A stretch of 64,000 bases of DNA from Lingula anatina (Eukaryota; Animalia; Brachiopoda), in NCBI GenBank assembly GCA_051362555.1, contig CM120643.1, forward strand, positions 23,440,848 through 23,504,847, given 5' to 3'. Positions within the stretch are counted from its first letter, which is position 1. Each line of letters starts with the position of its first letter. Below, piece by piece: positions 52,633 through 64,000 of this stretch. Below the pieces are notes generated by a model. It ran no database searches and was not told the origin of the DNA. It saw only the letters and a program-made list of their open reading frames with translations. The position numbers and the translations under genes were made by a program.

Positions 52633-54155
52633 TAGTCATTTTTACCACGTAAGGCTTTAGCTATGGACTCGGTATATTTCGCTATTTTCGTTTCCTCTTT
52701 CCCATTTTTGCGGTGAATTCTTATAAGTCAAAAAGAGCGTTCTTTTGGCACAATTTCGCCCCCACCTAACGTGGCTGTTATGTTTGTAACATTCATTGAT
52801 TTATGCTGTAATCGGGCGAAAAAAATTATCAAGACAATCTCACACATTTCCTAATCATCCATTAATTTTGATCACGATCAACATGCCCTATCTTGGTATT
52901 TATTAACATTTAATTCAGAGTTTTGAAACGAGATATACCATAGGTATAAAAAGCTTTCGAGTTACGTGAAACAATGTGGCTTCATCAGAACATTTATTAA
53001 CTCAAAGGTAATAGGCGAGTAGTGACTTCAATTTTAGCTTAGATTTCACTTAAACAACTTTGGGCAACTGTAAATATGAAGATGACCTTCAAATCCAATG
53101 CATATGCAAAACCCTTGGTCTTTGTTGATACCACTATTTCAGCCCAACCATGCTCTAGAAATGAGAAAATGGAAATCCCTTTTAATCAAAATATAATTTC
53201 TTAATCACAATGTAATTTTCTATCACGTGTATACATGTAACAACTGCGGAGAGGACTATGGAAACCACCAGATTAAGATATGTAATGGATATAATATTCT
53301 AGATATTTTTCTGAAAACAGGGCTCACAGATATTGGCTATTAGGATATATTCAATGTGGTATTGACAAATTGAAAAGGAAAATTCATATAATCACGCAAA
53401 AGAGGATGTAACGAAAAACGTGAATGTGTGATCTGTATGGAGATCCATTGTTTATTACTCTGGTATTTTATATAAAAATTAAGTCGATAAATAAACGTTT
53501 AAAAGCTCCAACTTGGCGTCGTCGTCACAATAACACTTGGTTAGAAATCTGACTTTAATAAATATAATTCCCTTACAGTTGTAAGTTTTAATGATTTACA
53601 TAGTTATGTGAAGGGGAAGTCTAAACAAGTAAACAAAATATCTATTTCTTTCAACATAGTAATAAGTTTGGTTTCGACTATTTTACTGAACTTCAAGTTT
53701 TAATGAGCGTATTGAGGAATCATTTTTAAGTTAAAGTTAATCTTTGCTTTAAAGTTACTAAATCCTGCTGTGGCCACAATGAAGAATTGTAATTCAGAAT
53801 TGCTTTAAAAACAAATCACAGCTATGCGACTGAGACAATTACCAGCGTACGCTCTCCACAGCAAAGTTTTGATGGCGTGTCATAATAACATATTTAATTC
53901 TGGAAAAGTGCAAATCAATAAGATATTTAACCTCAGCAGAGCTTAACGTGTTACAAAATATTATTCTCTATTTATAATGAGAACATATCCTGTATATTTG
54001 CATTTCTTATTTATAAATATACTTTATTTTAATTTAATTTCCATGTGATTTTCTTACAGTAAATTTCTGTAATAGAGATATTATCATGATTTCCATGACA
54101 CGTCTAACGTAGCTTAAAGAGCCAGCAAATGTACCAATTGTGTAATTCATGTTAT

Positions 54156-54165
54156 AAGATGGCGG
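54156..54165 (+). promoter_or_regulatory. YY1-like motif at the LINE 5' end (putative internal promoter)
   Basis: AAGATGGCGG about 9 nt from the element start; matches the YY1 consensus. Confidence 0.45.
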
Positions 54166-54386
54166 ACAGTGTAAACAGCTTACACATGGCTCTCTAAAAT
54201 TTCTACTATTATGCCTGAACCAAGTTTCTCAAACCAGCCAAACAAGTGAAAATAGGAATTTAAACACACAAGGATCTGAAAAGTGAAGAAAAAAAGGGTT
54301 GGAATTACACTATTCAACTACAGTAAGTGATATAAAACAGGACTGAGCTGGACTGGACTGTAAACAAAGACCTGAGGCAAAACAAG

Positions 54387-56534
54387 ATGGTGGATCACTA
54401 CAGTACACTAGGAGTGGTGCCTGAGGCCACTCCAGAAGAGATAAAAGCTGCCTTTACAACAAAAGCAGGTGAGCTACAAGATTTATGTGAGAACAATCAG
54501 AAACTATTAGAGTCATACAGTATTGCATTTTCTACTTTGATGAATGGAAAAACCAGGATAGTATATGATAGAGAAAATGGTATATCCTCCAACTATGATT
54601 ATGCTGATGAGTACCAAGGGCCAGCTATTGACTCAACTACTCATAATGCCCACTGTGTCGTGGTGAAAATGTCCACGGTAAGCCAAGTTAAACGATGGCT
54701 TGAGATATGCAGAACATACCATAAACCAGAATCTGAAAATGAAATCAATAGTGGAACAGGGACCCAACTCAAGTTTCCATATACTAACTCATCAGGTGCT
54801 ACACTAGGCACAGTTTCACTTTCATTCTATCACACATCAAAGTCCAAAAAGTTACACATTCAAGGAGCAGCCTATATGCTATGGTTGGCAAATGATTACC
54901 CCAAGATTTCACTCCTGGTATCATCACCAAAGAAAATTCAACCACTAAACCCAGAGATTAGCACTCAGCAGTCTAGATCCACGCCACCTGTTAGTGATAC
55001 AAGTATCATAGATGAAAACACCCAAACACTCCGCAAGGGATTCAAAACAAAGGTGCGACCAAGTCAAAAAGAAGTGAAAAATGAGAGAGAGATATCCAAA
55101 ATACATGAAACTTTACAAGCAGTAGAAAACCAGTATTCAGAAATAATTTTCAACACAGCAGATGCCAAAAGAGAAGAGGCCAAGTCCAAAAGCATACTTA
55201 GTGACCAAATAGAGACAATAAAAACAACAATATCCCATATCTCAGCTTTATCAGACTCTAGATACCTGGAAACCACAGCTCTACTATCCAAAATCACAAA
55301 GCAGCTTTACTACCTCACTGAGAAAATTGATGGCAAGCCACAATGTAGAACAACAACTGTCACCACAGGGACACAGTGTGAGACATCAACCACCATCTCA
55401 AAACAAAAGACAACAATCAACAAAGGGACACAAAGTGAACCATTATCACCCCCCAAACAAAAGGCGACAATCAGCAGTGGAACACAGTGTGAAGAAGCTG
55501 ACTACTTAAATATACAGAGGGCCTCCTCTCCACCTGTACAAGCAAATAAGGGACAAGATAAAGATGTTAACAACACTGATAACAAAGCTGATAGCTCCCT
55601 ACCACCGGTATCCGTCAAATTGTCACCTGTCAACAAAGCTGCAAAACAACCTGCAATATCACATGTACCAGAACTAACAGCAGTAATACCACCTCCAGTG
55701 TCACCTGCATCTGTCCCAGCATGTGAACCAACCACATCTTCTAGCACAGAAGTACCAGTTATAACTTCCAGTATAGACAATAGTCACCCACAAACATCAG
55801 CCAACCCAAGCACCAGAAATGAAGGCACAGTGAATATATCAATCTCGGAAATAAATACCTCTTCCCCAGAGGTCGACAATGTTGTAATATCCGACTCCAT
55901 TGGGAAAGGAATTCAAGCTAAAAAACTCTTCCCAAAAACAAATAGCAGTTGCTATGTTTTAAATGGAAAGAAAATTGCGGACGCAAAAAATCTCATGACT
56001 GAAAAACACTTTGGACACCCCAAATCAATTACTATCATCATCGGATCCAACAACATCAGCTCTAACCAACCACCTAATCAAGTTGCAAATGAAATGAAAG
56101 AACTGATACACTGTGCGAAGCAGCAATATCCAACCACAACAGTCATTGTCTGCAACATCCTCCCACGCTGGGGAAATAAAAGATTCAACGATAACGCACA
56201 GGAAGCGAATGCCCTTACACATGAATTTTGCAAGACACAACCCAGTGTAAAATATATGCACAATACAAACATTGTGTGCAGAAGGGATTTCTTCGCTTGG
56301 GATGGGATCCACCTATCCCAATCTGGAACAATTGCCCTTGCCCGAAATATCAAGCTAGCAACAGGATCCAACCCTTCTACCAATGGAAGATACCCACACC
56401 CTCCACAACCCCAACACCCATGGAGTAATAGAAAGACCTACCATCATCGTACTAACCAGCAACACCATCTCCGCTTTGGTCATGAACTAAAACTGTTGCG
56501 TGAATGCTTAAGCAAACTTGAAAGCATACTTTAA
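54387..56534 (+). CDS. LINE ORF1p: J-like domain, alpha/beta domain, coiled coil, P/S/T-rich linker and SGNH esterase
   Basis: 715-aa intact ORF. DHYSTLGV...EEIKAAF...AFSTL...RIVYD at the N-terminus; VISDSIG, IIGSNNI and DGIHLS at the C-terminus. Confidence 0.88.
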   Translation: MVDHYSTLGVVPEATPEEIKAAFTTKAGELQDLCENNQKLLESYSIAFSTLMNGKTRIVYDRENGISSNYDYADEYQGPAIDSTTHNAHCVVVKMSTVSQVKRWLEICRTYHKPESENEINSGTGTQLKFPYTNSSGATLGTVSLSFYHTSKSKKLHIQGAAYMLWLANDYPKISLLVSSPKKIQPLNPEISTQQSRSTPPVSDTSIIDENTQTLRKGFKTKVRPSQKEVKNEREISKIHETLQAVENQYSEIIFNTADAKREEAKSKSILSDQIETIKTTISHISALSDSRYLETTALLSKITKQLYYLTEKIDGKPQCRTTTVTTGTQCETSTTISKQKTTINKGTQSEPLSPPKQKATISSGTQCEEADYLNIQRASSPPVQANKGQDKDVNNTDNKADSSLPPVSVKLSPVNKAAKQPAISHVPELTAVIPPPVSPASVPACEPTTSSSTEVPVITSSIDNSHPQTSANPSTRNEGTVNISISEINTSSPEVDNVVISDSIGKGIQAKKLFPKTNSSCYVLNGKKIADAKNLMTEKHFGHPKSITIIIGSNNISSNQPPNQVANEMKELIHCAKQQYPTTTVIVCNILPRWGNKRFNDNAQEANALTHEFCKTQPSVKYMHNTNIVCRRDFFAWDGIHLSQSGTIALARNIKLATGSNPSTNGRYPHPPQPQHPWSNRKTYHHRTNQQHHLRFGHELKLLRECLSKLESIL

Positions 56535-56996
56535 TATGGTATCTTAACGGATTATTTGAAACCTGAGACATTTAAAGTATTCTAAAGTGACACTGACCTA
56601 TTTTGTATTAACAAAGTAAATATGTAAGTATTTACACTTATCTTCTTATCCTCCACCCCTTATGTGACAGTGAACGAGGAAAAACATGTAAGTACTCTAT
56701 TATCAACATCTAAAAAATCAGGTTAGTGATACTTAGCTGAACGTCATACTCAATAGTAAACAATGGCTCAATGTTACAATCATTTTATTTATTTATTTAT
56801 TTATTTTAATACTTATTTTAATATTCAATATCAAAGTGATAAGCAGATAAGCATTGGTCAAATAATCACATAGGGCAACATTATCATTGAAGCATTTTTA
56901 TATTAGAGAAACTTGTCTAGGTGAAATAGAAAATAAGGTTCAAGGCATTTAGTGTTATTTAAGAGCTATTACCCATCTTAATACTCACGTTTGATA

Positions 56997-59900
56997 ATGT
57001 TGCGTATCGGCATGCGCAATGTAAGGGGGTTAGCAAAAAAATTAAGTGATGATAACTTCATCTCCACAGTACAAAGTTTTGACATCTTCGTATGCATAGA
57101 AACTTTTAGCACTGTAAGATCAAAGATAGCACTACCTGGTGGCACCCATGGACACACTGAACAACTCAGAACAAAAACTAAAATGAAAGGCAGACCATCA
57201 GGTGGAATAGTGATATATTACAAAAAAGAACTTATGAAAAGCATCCATGTACTTAGTAGTAAGAGTGAAAATCTACTGTGGGTTAAACTTGCCAGTGAAC
57301 ATGTTGGTCTAGAGAAAGATGTGTTTTTATGTGCAGTATATGTTAAGCCCTGCAATGGCCCTTCAGATGAAAGAACTATAGAAATATTAGAAGAGGAAAT
57401 TGCTAATTATCAACCACATGGGTCAATATGCCTAATTGGAGATTTTAATGCAAGAACCGGGACATTACCCGACTTTATTAAAGATGATAATATGTTTGGT
57501 ATACCTATGACTGCTAGTTACCCAACAAATAGATTGTCAGAGAAGAGAAATAATATTGATACTATAGTCAACACACAAGGAAAAACTTTGCTGGAATTGT
57601 GTAGGAGTAGCAATTTAAGAATCCTCAATGGTAGAACTAAAGGTAATTTAGTTGGCTATCCTACCTGCTTTAACAAGCATGGATGCAGTGCAGTAGACTA
57701 TGCCATTACAAGTGAAGGACTGATGAGCAAAGTAATGTATCTTACAGTGTCACCCATAGATTACCTATCTGATCATTGTCTGTTGGACCTTGCAATCAGC
57801 ACCACAGGTACAAAAGCCATGTCAAATGCCCACTCAATCCATAAATTTAAAGACCGCTACATCTGGGATACAGAGTCAGCTGAAAATTTTTTAAAAGCTC
57901 TTGAAACTGAGGAAAGTCTAAAATCAATCAGTCAAGCACAGACTACACACTTCCCAGTCTCTAAAGATGGAATCAAAAATGCCTGCGATAAACTCACAGA
58001 TATCATTGAAAAAGCTGCAGACATGTCTCTTCGTAAAAGAAAAGCTGCTACAAACACAAAAACAAAACAGAAACCAAAAAGAATGAAAAAACAACCATGG
58101 TTCGACAACACTTGTTCTGAAATTAGGAGGAATATCAAACATCTTGGAAAACTACTACAAAATAATCCGCATAACAACTATATCTCACAAACTTTCCACA
58201 TAACTACAAAGAAATATAAACAACTGCTAAGGCAAAAAAAGAGGGAATACAAAGATGCACTGTTAACAAAACTGCTGAATTCTGAAAAAAACAACCCAAA
58301 AGAATTTTGGCAAACACTAAAAACCCTGAAGGAAAGAGAGGACAAAAGTAACATAATCAGTCCAGATACCTGGCAACAACATTTTCACCAACTCTGTGGA
58401 ATCCCCCCTAGAGATAATCAACAAATAAATGATGAAATAAAAAGATACGAGGAAATGGAAGGAGACCTTGTCCTAAATAGTCCCATAACAATTGGAGAAG
58501 TAAAGAACGCTATCAAAAAACTAAAAAATGGCAAGGCAGCTGGTGAAGACTCTATTAGAAATGAAATGTTAAAAACAGGAGTAAATTACCTAGTAGGACT
58601 AATAACAAAAATCTTTAACTTAGCACTAAATACATGCGAAACCCCGGATGCCTGGAACTTAGGCCTAATACTGCCCTTATATAAATCTGGAGATCGAACT
58701 GACCCATCAAATTATAGAGGCCTATGCATAACAAGCTGTTTAGGGAAACTGTTCAATTCTATACTGACAAATAGAATCACTCAATTCATAGAAACAAATC
58801 AAAAGCTAAGTGAAGAACAAGCTGGGTTCAGACCTGGGTATCGCACAACAGATCATATATTTACCCTAAAATCTGTCATAAACAAATATCTAAACAAAAA
58901 TAAACGTCTCTATACCTGCTTTGTCGATCTTCGTAAAGCCTTTGATACAGTCTGGCATAAAGGTCTGTTTATAAAACTCCTGAGACAAGGTATCAGAGGC
59001 AAAATATACAAACTCATAAAGTACATGTACAATAATACAAGACTAGGCGTATCGGTTCACACTGGTTTCACTGAACCCTTTTTGTCCAAAATTGGCATAC
59101 GGCAAGGTGATAACCTTAGTCCAGTACTTTTCAACATTTTCATAGATGACATAAAAAGTGAACTTCACATAAATGATACCTCAACAAGAGTTGATGGTCT
59201 AAGTCACATACTATACGCTGACGACCTAGTCTTACTCTCACAAACAAAAGAAGGACTACAGACCCTACTTAACAAACTTGAAAACTACTGTCTGAAGTGG
59301 AAATTGAAGGTAAATGAAAATAAATCTAAAGTTATGGTATTCAATAAGCTTGGGAAAATTGACCCACATACGTTTACCATAAATAACAGACCTATAGAAA
59401 CAGTTAAGCAATTCTCATACTTGGGAATAATTTTTACGAACACAGGATCCTTAAAACAGACGATGGAAAACCTCAAACAAAAGGCCCTCAAAGCTATGTT
59501 TTTCATTAAAAGGGATGCTAAATTCTCAAGAAATTTCTTCACCCCTACTAACCATGAAACTTTTTGACCAAATGATTAAACCAATCCTGCTATATGGCTG
59601 TGAGGTTTGGGCACAAGAGATATTTATAGACAAAAAAATGACACTACACAAATTGAATAAGATGCCATTCGAACAGATACATTTAAAAATGTGTAAATGG
59701 ACACTAGGTTTAAGAAAAACTTCCAGCAGTAATGCTTGCAGGGCAGAACTTGGACGCCTTCCACTGTATTTGGACATTGTAAGTTTGGTGTCCAAATACA
59801 GTGCAAGACTGGACAACCTTCCAACTCACAGACTAGTCAAACAAGCTTACGACATGGAGCAAACAGAAAAGGGAAAAAACTGGTTTTGGGCTACTACAAA

Positions 59901-60441
59901 TCTTTCGGCATGCTGGGAAGTTTACCACCCAAATAACAACACACATACTAAAATCCACAACCACCAATACCTAAAGGAAGAAATAATAAAAAAAATAAAG
60001 TCAAATTTTTGGGAAGAATTGCAAAAAGGAGAAAACAATAAACTCAGAACATATGGAAAAATTAAACACACTTATGAGGCTGAACCTTATGTAAAACTCA
60101 ACGTTCCTTTAGCTCAAAAAAGGGTATTAGCAAAAATGAGAATCAGTGATCATGAATTAGAAATTGAAAGAGGGCGATATACAAAACCAAAGAAGCCAAT
60201 TGACAAAAGGAAATGCCCCCACTGCGACTCAGTAGAAGATGAAGCACACTTTTTTCTAGAATGCAGTGAACACAGAGTCGAACGGGAAATACTGTTCGCT
60301 TCCATACCAGAGGTGAATTTGCAGGGTCCAACAGACAATAAACTATCTATTTTACTCAATCCACTCTCTGCGCAGAGTGTGATTGCCATATGTAAATTTG
60401 TTAACAGTGCAATTAAAAAGCGTGTATCCCTGCGTGGATGA
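56997..60441 (+). CDS. LINE ORF2p: APE endonuclease, reverse transcriptase and C-terminal CCHC; one frameshift near 59510
   Basis: NVRGL, IGDFNAR, VDY, SDH (APE); NYRGL, QAGFR, FVDLRKAFD, GIRQGDNLSP, YADD (RT); ELGRLPL, RISDHELEIERGR, CPHC...EDEAHFFLEC in the +1 frame from 59515. Confidence 0.92.
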
Positions 60442-61240
60442 GCATAGTTTATTACTTAAATTATTCTTTTTAATATTTGTATTAGTTAGAGAGCCTGTAA
60501 ATGTAAACCATTTCTTTGTGCTCAATAAATTATTATTATTAAATTATTATTATAATTTCGTTCTCAGTAAACATCATCATTATAAAAGCAGTATACCCCA
60601 TGTGCAAATGAAATAGAACGTATGATTTGATCAGATATTACCATACTGTTAAGTGCTTGGGATTTGGAATTTCATCAGTTAAAACATGTACCGGTGTACC
60701 ATGAAACTCTGACTCCCTAAAAAGGTGACTCATTATAAAAACTGACTCCCCAGTCAAATATTCATAATGATTCCCCTTATGAAATTTTGACCCCCCCCCC
60801 CCCTTTCATAAATATGATTTTATTTGAGTATATGACTTTTGCATAATGAAGGATACATTGGCTCTTTTTGTTAGTTTGCAGGTGAAAACTTTCATGAGAA
60901 AATAAGAAAAATAAAAAAGTGTATTTTACCACACAAGGGCTCCCGTATGAAAAAAGCTAATTATTTGACATTTGGTCAACATTTCAACGTTTTCTTTTGG
61001 TATACCTTATGAAGAAGATGTTGGAAATATTTGAAAGTTCGATAGTATAGTATTGGGTGATAAAAAATTTAAAAAATTACGAAAAATCTACATTTTCATA
61101 CCCATGGGATTTTGACTCCCATGAAGATTTTGTCCTACTTAGTCACCATGCCATTGTAGAACAGTTTCATTAGCTATGTTATTATAATAGACTTGTGAAG
61201 ATTCTTTTGTCTATAGCTATTTTTTTTAGTTTGATCTTAC

Positions 61241-61285
61241 CATCCAATATTTCATCTGCTTGCAGTCAGATTTCATCAGGGAATG
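61241..61285 (-). ncRNA. Minimal hammerhead ribozyme (PLE pLTR)
   Basis: Reverse complement of the motif at 16581-16625. Confidence 0.7.
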
Positions 61286-61536
61286 AGGTTGTGACAGGTA
61301 TGACAACCTGTCACCCCCTCTGGTGTGCTATTTGGAAAGAGAGCCACGAGATCTACACCAGAAAGTTCTTAAAGCAATTAACATCCGCTTACATGGGGCC
61401 AAGTTGAATCGGAATGATGGGACTGAGCTACCCAACCTCTACCTACCACTCCTTAGGGAGGGGCAGGCAAGGGGGGGGGGATCTGACCAAATAGCACACC
61501 AGAGGGGGTGACAGGTTGTCATACCTGTCACAACCT

Positions 61537-61581
61537 CATTCCCTGATGAAATCTGACTGCAAGCAGATGAAATATTGGATG
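61537..61581 (+). ncRNA. Minimal hammerhead ribozyme (PLE pLTR)
   Basis: Same motif as 16581-16625. Confidence 0.7.
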
Positions 61582-64000
61582 GTAAGATCAAACTAAAAAA
61601 AATAGCTATAGACAAAAGAATCTTCACAAGTCCACCATGCCATTATTTTCCACATACTTACTACTACCTGCAGGATTTGGATTCCCATGTCAAAATGCTA
61701 CTTATTTCATTTTTAGCGTAGGAAATCAGCCTCTGTTGTCTATATAGCTTTCCACGGGGCAGTCATTGAAGTTGATCAATGTACATAAAAATTTCCTTTG
61801 ACCCTTTTGGCAGCGTCTCTCTCCCAGTTAAAGAACCATTTTACATGATAAATGGTTCGTGATTTGAGGCCTGTGATCCCTATTGGTCAGGAGAATGCTC
61901 TTTTCGGCACTTGGTGACTCCAGTGTTTCTTAGTTAGGCTATCGTCAACATGGGTTTCATAGTTGACCCGATTGTTTCTACATCAAGTCAAATTTCTGTT
62001 GCACCATTTGAAAAAAATCTTAACGCGGTAGAAGTGCATTGTCATAGAAGACTTCATTTTGCTTACGTGTATCTTTCTCACGATAAACAAAAATATGTTC
62101 AATAATACATATATGGGAGGGCAGAGCATCCGAGCCTTTACAAACGGGTGAGGGATAAATGTTGCAACTGTCTAGGACATGGGGCACAGTTGCTCACACG
62201 CACTCACACAGACAATGTTAAAACGAAAGAAAACACCTATGCAGCCTGAGAAAACACACACCCATGAATTGTGACTGTTGTGTAAGCTCGCCTACTGCAA
62301 TTCACAAATATTACAAATAAAAGTAAGTGACAATATGATTATACTCACAATGTGTGTGCGTGGACGGGGTGTGCAAAAAGGTCTTTTTTTTTTTTACGAA
62401 ATGGCCAAGTTATAATTAGGTAGAAGAAACCACCTTTCAAAACAGTATTTACTTAACAAGAGAGATGAACCTAAACAAAAAATGAGGGGGAAAATTTTAA
62501 GACACAAATATTGCGATATATCAGTGAACAATATGTTTATTCCCTCACATAAAACATACAATGAATACGTGGTACATCGTCATTTACATTTTGATAGAGG
62601 TGTGTGCACTCATGTGGGTTCTGCTTTGCATAAATGAAACAATTAAAAGAAAAAAAACCTTAAACCTTAAAATTGTTTTAATGTTTAAACCAAATTAAGG
62701 TTTAATTTGACCTTACCTAAGAAGAAACAAAATTAAATCAATGAAGTTTTATAACAAGAAAAACATTGCTAATAGTCAGATATCGATTTAAGTGGATTTC
62801 TGTAAATTTTCTGTTTAACTGAAACTTTCAGGGAAGACCTTTTATTATTTCCCAACCCCTTAAATAGATGCGCAAAGAAAATAACGTGATCTGAGTTAAT
62901 GTTCATGATTACATGTAATGGTGATTTAAACTCTTTATGAAAATTACCAGAGATCCCTTAATAGAAGACAAGAAAAATATTTGGTCGGAAAGCTTGAGGT
63001 AGGATTTACTTTTATATCAATATGCACTGCCCTTCTGGACCTAGATTCCCAGGTGTATTTATACGGAGCCAGGACATATATTTCTGTCGGACATAATTTT
63101 CTTTCACACTGAACAAGTGTCCTACACAACAAACGTCCGTGCACGTAATATTAAATATTACATGTCTATACAAGTATTATAAACACGAAGGGATAAGTAT
63201 CGGTAATTTTCAGACGGTCTCCAGCAGCATCCACACAGGCTGATGGGTAAGGCGTCTGGATGAAAAAGCGATTACTTTATATATGAAAAGTGTGTGCTTC
63301 CCACTTGAACATGACAATAAAAAGGAAAGGCGCAAATTTGAAAGTATACGTACAGTGATATGATTTTGATTTTTTAAAATTAAAAATACATAAGTAACTG
63401 AAATTTGAATAACATTTAGTATTTTTGGTTCTTCTTTTCTTTCTCTATCATTTATTTTATTAAGGTGGGTTCGGAGTTTTATTTGAAATAAATTATTTTT
63501 TCTGAATAAAATACATGTTTAATTATAAATAACATAATCTCAACTAAACCTAAAAAATTACATATTCTTCAACAAAAATGAACACACAAAGCTACGTCTG
63601 GAATCGTCAATTGCTATTTCAGTTGGGAAAATATGTCCGACTAGGACATCGATTCGGGTCTGCAAGACTTAGAATACTTAGTAACAGTTGTCTTACGGAC
63701 ATGCATTACGGCAGATATCATTCATCCCTTCACGACCATAGTTCTGGAAATACTGAGAGATCTCAGTTGAATTTTAGCTATGTGTTGAGATTTTGAGATA
63801 CCCCCAACGATTTCCACTCAGTCGCAGTAATTGGCCTTTTACATGCATGATTTATGTAACCCTCATTGTGGATAGCATGCACTGATAGGCGGCATTAAGT
63901 AAATAGGATTAACTTGTCTCATTCCATAACTGCGACTGATTTTGCCTAATTTACTTACTAGTAGCCAGTTTTGTTGAAAAGTGTATGTTCCCAGTTAATA

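Larger units (their letters stand above)
54148..60552 (+). mobile_element. Full-length non-LTR retrotransposon, RTE-X-like (esterase ORF1; APE-RT-CCHC ORF2)
   Basis: Empty site TGTGTAATTTCGTT in copy A near 41181; TAATT duplicated at 54143-54147 and 60553-60557; 3' AATAAA followed by an (ATT)n tail; two ORFs with a 456-bp spacer. Confidence 0.92.
61156..61632. mobile_element. Penelope-like element reduced to an inverted pLTR pair (hairpin)
   Basis: Nearly identical to the 3' end of 14891-16710; 12-bp TSD CACCATGCCATT at 61144-61155 and 61633-61644. Confidence 0.92.

Noticed and set aside
59500-59520. Programmed frameshift in LINE ORF2
   Set aside because: The required shift is +1, there is no in-frame X XXY YYZ slippery site, and such ORF2s are normally continuous. 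An indel or sequencing error is more likely.

Overview
AT-rich, intron-containing animal genomic DNA, most likely from a marine invertebrate. Host genes, left to right: the 5' part of a divergent SLC15/POT peptide transporter (minus strand); a 7-exon DXO/Dom3Z/Rai1 decapping exonuclease arranged head-to-head with it; two fibrinogen-related (FReD) genes, one 5'-truncated and one frameshifted; and a 2-exon atypical class A GPCR inside a tandemly duplicated block. The window is packed with transposons: a THAP-bearing DNA transposon about 150 bp upstream of the DXO ATG, Helentron-like elements with internal arrays, several MITEs, two Penelope-like hairpin insertions carrying four minimal hammerhead ribozymes, a CR1 fragment and a nearly intact full-length RTE-X-type LINE. 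The most unusual signal is the LINE ORF1p, which begins with an HPD-less DnaJ (J-like) domain and also carries three LC8-type GTQ(C/S)E motifs and an SGNH esterase. Also notable: the DXO has a Glu-to-Lys change in its catalytic E-phi-D motif, and its stop codon is supplied by a MITE. All exon models and alignments were done by eye; no database searches were run.
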